From the NCBI GenBank assembly GCA_041736465.1, contig JBGSTO010000706.1:6588-70587 (forward strand): a DNA stretch of 64,000 bases. Reading direction: 5' to 3'. The position numbers and the translations under genes were made by a program. Shown here in pieces: positions 61,394 through 64,000 of the stretch; within the stretch, counting starts at the first letter, position 1, and each line of letters opens with the position of its first letter. The DNA is from Anaerolineales bacterium. GTDB lineage: Bacteria; Chloroflexota; Anaerolineae; Anaerolineales; UBA4823. A model generated the notes under the pieces. That model saw only the letters and a list, made by a program, of their open reading frames with translations, did not search any database and had not been told where the DNA came from.

Positions 61394-61903
61394 ATGGAAC
61401 TGGGACTGCTCTTTCAGATTGTTTCCACCACCATCATGGTCATTGGCGTCATCTTCGGGATTCAAAATATCCGCCAGTACCAGGCCAACCGCAAGCGTGA
61501 GAGCGCCATTCTGATGCTGAATTCGTTCCAGACTCCCGATTTCGTGCGCGGGCTGCTCTCGATTTTCAACCTGCCAGATCACGCTGGCAAGGATGTGGTG
61601 GACGGCTTGCCGGCGGAGGAGTTCATGGCGATATATATGGTCATGGGCGCCTGGGAGCGCCTGGGGGTGCTGATCTTCCGCGGCGAGATCCCGCTGCACC
61701 TGGTGGACGACGCCTTCAGCGGGCCAATCGTGCAGTCGTGGCAAAAGCTGGACGCCTACGTAAGCGAGTTCCGGGCGCAGATCGGGCGTGATACCTTTAT
61801 GGAATGGTACCAGTGGCTGGCGGAGCGTATGCTGGAAAGGGAGCAGGCTGCCGGTCCGGTGCCCGCTTACCTGGCGCACCGGGATTGGAAGGCGAGGAAG
61901 TAG
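61394..61903 (+). CDS. Hypothetical membrane-anchored protein
   Basis: ATG 61394 follows AAGGTGA. One N-terminal TM helix (LLFQIVSTTIMVIGVIFGI) precedes a soluble helical domain. It lies directly downstream of PiT. Confidence 0.5.
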   Translation: MELGLLFQIVSTTIMVIGVIFGIQNIRQYQANRKRESAILMLNSFQTPDFVRGLLSIFNLPDHAGKDVVDGLPAEEFMAIYMVMGAWERLGVLIFRGEIPLHLVDDAFSGPIVQSWQKLDAYVSEFRAQIGRDTFMEWYQWLAERMLEREQAAGPVPAYLAHRDWKARK

Positions 61904-61958
61904 GTAGCGCAGCGCCGCTGGTTATTATCGGGACAGCGAACGGCAATCAATACTCGAG

Positions 61959-61986
61959 CGACTGGCAAAGCCAGTCGTCTTTATTT
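61959..61986 (+). terminator. Rho-independent terminator of the DUF47-PiT operon
   Basis: CGACTGGC-AAA-GCCAGTCG followed by TCTTTATTT. Confidence 0.65.
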
Positions 61987-62000
61987 CCAAAATTCAGGTA

Positions 62001-62028
62001 TTGACAAGCGAAAAATATTCTGTATAAT
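62001..62028 (+). promoter_or_regulatory. Consensus promoter for the ROK regulator gene
   Basis: TTGACA (62001-62006), a 16-nt spacer, then TATAAT (62023-62028). Confidence 0.6.
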
Positions 62029-62035
62029 CTTATTG

Positions 62036-62056
62036 TTTGTTAATTTAACTAACAAA
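62036..62056 (+). promoter_or_regulatory. Inverted repeat TTTGTTA-N7-TAACAAA (candidate ROK/XylR-type operator)
   Basis: It lies between the -10 and ATG 62067. The TTTGTT/AACAAA arms are reminiscent of Bacillus XylR operators. Confidence 0.4.
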
Positions 62057-62066
62057 GTAGAGGCCC

Positions 62067-63242
62067 ATGCGCACCTTACCCACCAAAGCCACCCACCAGC
62101 AAACCAGGACCTATAACCAGCAGCTTGTCCTGCGCACCATCTTCGATCACGGCAAGATCAGCCGCGCAGACGTTGCCCGCCAGACAAAGCTCACGCGGGT
62201 TACCGTCTCCGAGATCGTCTCCGATCTGATCGATACCGGTCTGGTGGCTGAAGTTGGCATGGGCACTTCTGCCGGCGGTAAGACCCCCATTCTGCTCAGT
62301 GTGGTCGACGACTCCTACCACATGATCGGAGTCGACCTGGCCAATGATGAGATCCGCGGCGCGGTGGTCAACCTGCGCGGCGAGATACGCCACGCGCTGA
62401 GTCTGCCCCTGGAAAGCGTGGACAGCGAGGTCTCCCTGAACCAGGTGTACGAGCTGCTGGATGCCCTCATCGCTCAAACCGACCGGCCCCTGCTTGGGAT
62501 TGGCATTGGCACTCCGGGCCTGCTGGATACCACTAACGGGATCGTGCGCCACGCCGTCAACCTGGGTTGGGTAGATCTACCCCTTGGCAGCCTGCTCCAG
62601 GATCGCTATGCGGTGCCGGTCTATGTAGCCAACGACAGCCAGGTTTCAGCACTGGCGGAACACATCTTCGGCGCGGGGCGCCGCGAGTCCAGCCTGGTAG
62701 TCGTGCGCGTAGGGCGCGGCATCGGCGCCGGCGTCATCCTCGATCGGCAGCTTTTCCAGGGTGAGGGCTTCGGAGCCGGCGAAATTGGTCACATCGGGCT
62801 GCGTTCAGACGGCGACCGCTGCCGCTGCGGCAATGATGGCTGTATTGAGACGGTTGGCAGCACCCTGGCGATCGTACGCCGGGTGCAGGCTGTCGCCAGC
62901 CATCTGGGCGCCGCCCCGGACATGGAAGATATCCTGGCAGCCTTCGAGGCGGGCGACCCTGTAGTGCGCCAGATCATCCAGGAGGCCGGGCGAGCGGTAG
63001 GGTTTGGTGTCGCCTGCCTGACCAGCTCATTGAACATCCGCCATGTGCTGCTCGTCGGCAGCGTCACCCGCTTTGGCGAGTTCTGGCTGCAGGCGGTGCG
63101 GGAAGAAATGAACCGCTGCACACTGCCGGCCCTGGCTGCAGAAACCCGCCTGGCATTTGGAGAGATCGGCGCCAACGCCGTCATCTTGGGCGCCTGTGCA
63201 TTGTTAATGACCAGGGAGATCGGTCTGAACCTGGTGCGCTGA
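62067..63242 (+). CDS. ROK-family transcriptional repressor (NagC/XylR-like)
   Basis: An N-terminal winged HTH (ISRADVARQTKLTRVTVSEIVSDLI) plus a ROK sugar-kinase-like domain with the zinc motif GHIGLRSDGDRCRCGNDGCIE. Confidence 0.85.
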   Translation: MRTLPTKATHQQTRTYNQQLVLRTIFDHGKISRADVARQTKLTRVTVSEIVSDLIDTGLVAEVGMGTSAGGKTPILLSVVDDSYHMIGVDLANDEIRGAVVNLRGEIRHALSLPLESVDSEVSLNQVYELLDALIAQTDRPLLGIGIGTPGLLDTTNGIVRHAVNLGWVDLPLGSLLQDRYAVPVYVANDSQVSALAEHIFGAGRRESSLVVVRVGRGIGAGVILDRQLFQGEGFGAGEIGHIGLRSDGDRCRCGNDGCIETVGSTLAIVRRVQAVASHLGAAPDMEDILAAFEAGDPVVRQIIQEAGRAVGFGVACLTSSLNIRHVLLVGSVTRFGEFWLQAVREEMNRCTLPALAAETRLAFGEIGANAVILGACALLMTREIGLNLVR

Positions 63243-63376
63243 TGCACAGCGGATCAAAAGGAGAGAAACTGACCTTGAGAAAAAAACCGAAATTGTCTTG
63301 TGCTGTCCGCATCGCCGGTGCTCGCACCGCCTGCTACACGATTACGAAATCCAATTGATAAAGAGGAGAGATTAGC

Positions 63377-64000
63377 ATGAATAAGCATCACCTGTTCCGC
63401 GTATTAAGCCTGCTCGTTCTCGCCAGCTTGATCCTGGCATCTTGCGCAGCACCCACCCCTCAGACCATCATCCAGACGGTTGAGGTGGAGAAAACGGTCC
63501 GCGAAACCCAGATCGTTATTCAGACCTCTGTGGTTGAGGTGGAGAAATTGGTCGAGGTCACTCCGATGCCCGGGCCGCATCCGGAGGCCGTCATTCAGGG
63601 TGTGGAACCCAACGCCGAGATCACCCTGTGGACCTTCTGGCTCTCGCCCACCTTTGATGATTTCATCAAGAGCACCCTTGCCCGCTTCCAGGAAGCCTAC
63701 CCCGGCGTGACCGTCAACTGGGAAGATCACCAGGCTACCTTCCAGGACGACCTGCGCAACGCCTTCGCTGCCGGGAATGCCCCGGACGTGATCAACCTGT
63801 CCATTTCCGAGGGCTGGGTCAGCGATTATGCCACCCAGGGCTTGCTGCTGCCCCTGGACAGCGTGGTGCCCCAGGCGGTGGTGGATACCTACTTCCCCAA
63901 CCTGTGGGAACAGCAGGTTGTCGATGGGGCGCACTACCAGTTCCCCTGGTACCAGGGCATTATCGTCAACCTGGTCAACACCCAGATCCTCAGCGACGCC
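63377..64000 (+). CDS. ABC sugar transporter substrate-binding lipoprotein (SBP family 1). Its 3' end lies outside the window.
   Basis: I translated this myself; no stop is reached. MNKHHLFRVLSLLVLASLILASCAAP is the lipobox. A short repeated linker (QTVEVEKTVRETQIVIQTSVVEVEKLVEV) follows. ITLWTFWLSP...FQEAYPGVTVNWED...AGNAPDVINL is typical of family-1 SBPs. GAGGAGAG lies upstream. Confidence 0.8.
   Translation, partial: MNKHHLFRVLSLLVLASLILASCAAPTPQTIIQTVEVEKTVRETQIVIQTSVVEVEKLVEVTPMPGPHPEAVIQGVEPNAEITLWTFWLSPTFDDFIKSTLARFQEAYPGVTVNWEDHQATFQDDLRNAFAAGNAPDVINLSISEGWVSDYATQGLLLPLDSVVPQAVVDTYFPNLWEQQVVDGAHYQFPWYQGIIVNLVNTQILSDA

Overview
This is a GC-rich, densely coding bacterial chromosomal segment. 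It holds about 55 protein genes and one tRNA-Leu(CAA). I saw no rRNA and no CRISPR array. The protein repertoire and a GTCATCCTGAGCG-type palindromic repeat family look Chloroflexota/Anaerolineae-like, but that is a guess that cannot be verified here. Most genes are housekeeping: rpsA, glgC, ychF, pepF, pdxST, tmk, gmk, galE, recD2, an ABC-F ATPase, a PiT/DUF47 phosphate uptake pair, an acyl-CoA ligase and an enoyl-CoA hydratase. Several envelope or secreted enzymes are also present: S33, M1, M23, M29 and C39-like peptidases, an LCP protein, an amidase, a penicillin-acylase-like protein, a patatin and an alkaline-phosphatase-superfamily protein. Six things deserve a second look. (1) Operon 934-6774 has a LytTR DNA-binding domain fused to a catalytically dead ABC ATPase domain, alongside one live ATPase, a tandem-fused ABC-2 permease and a lipoprotein hydrolase. 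(2) An A10 tract containing the dnaX-type heptamer A_AAA_AAG sits exactly at the junction of a ChlI-like AAA+ gene and a vWA gene lying in the -1 frame. (3) The 550-bp non-coding region 11882-12431 carries two perfect and three near-perfect DnaA boxes. (4) The AT-rich island 33.3-35.6 kb holds an orphan RHS-type toxin tip with in-frame stops, a translationally coupled putative immunity gene, a DUF5372-like ORF and an IS5-family remnant. (5) A 1427-aa multidomain secreted protein lies next to a second C39-like/TPR protein. (6) Several unassigned operator-like palindromes and direct repeats occur. All domain assignments come from motif recognition by eye. No database search was run.
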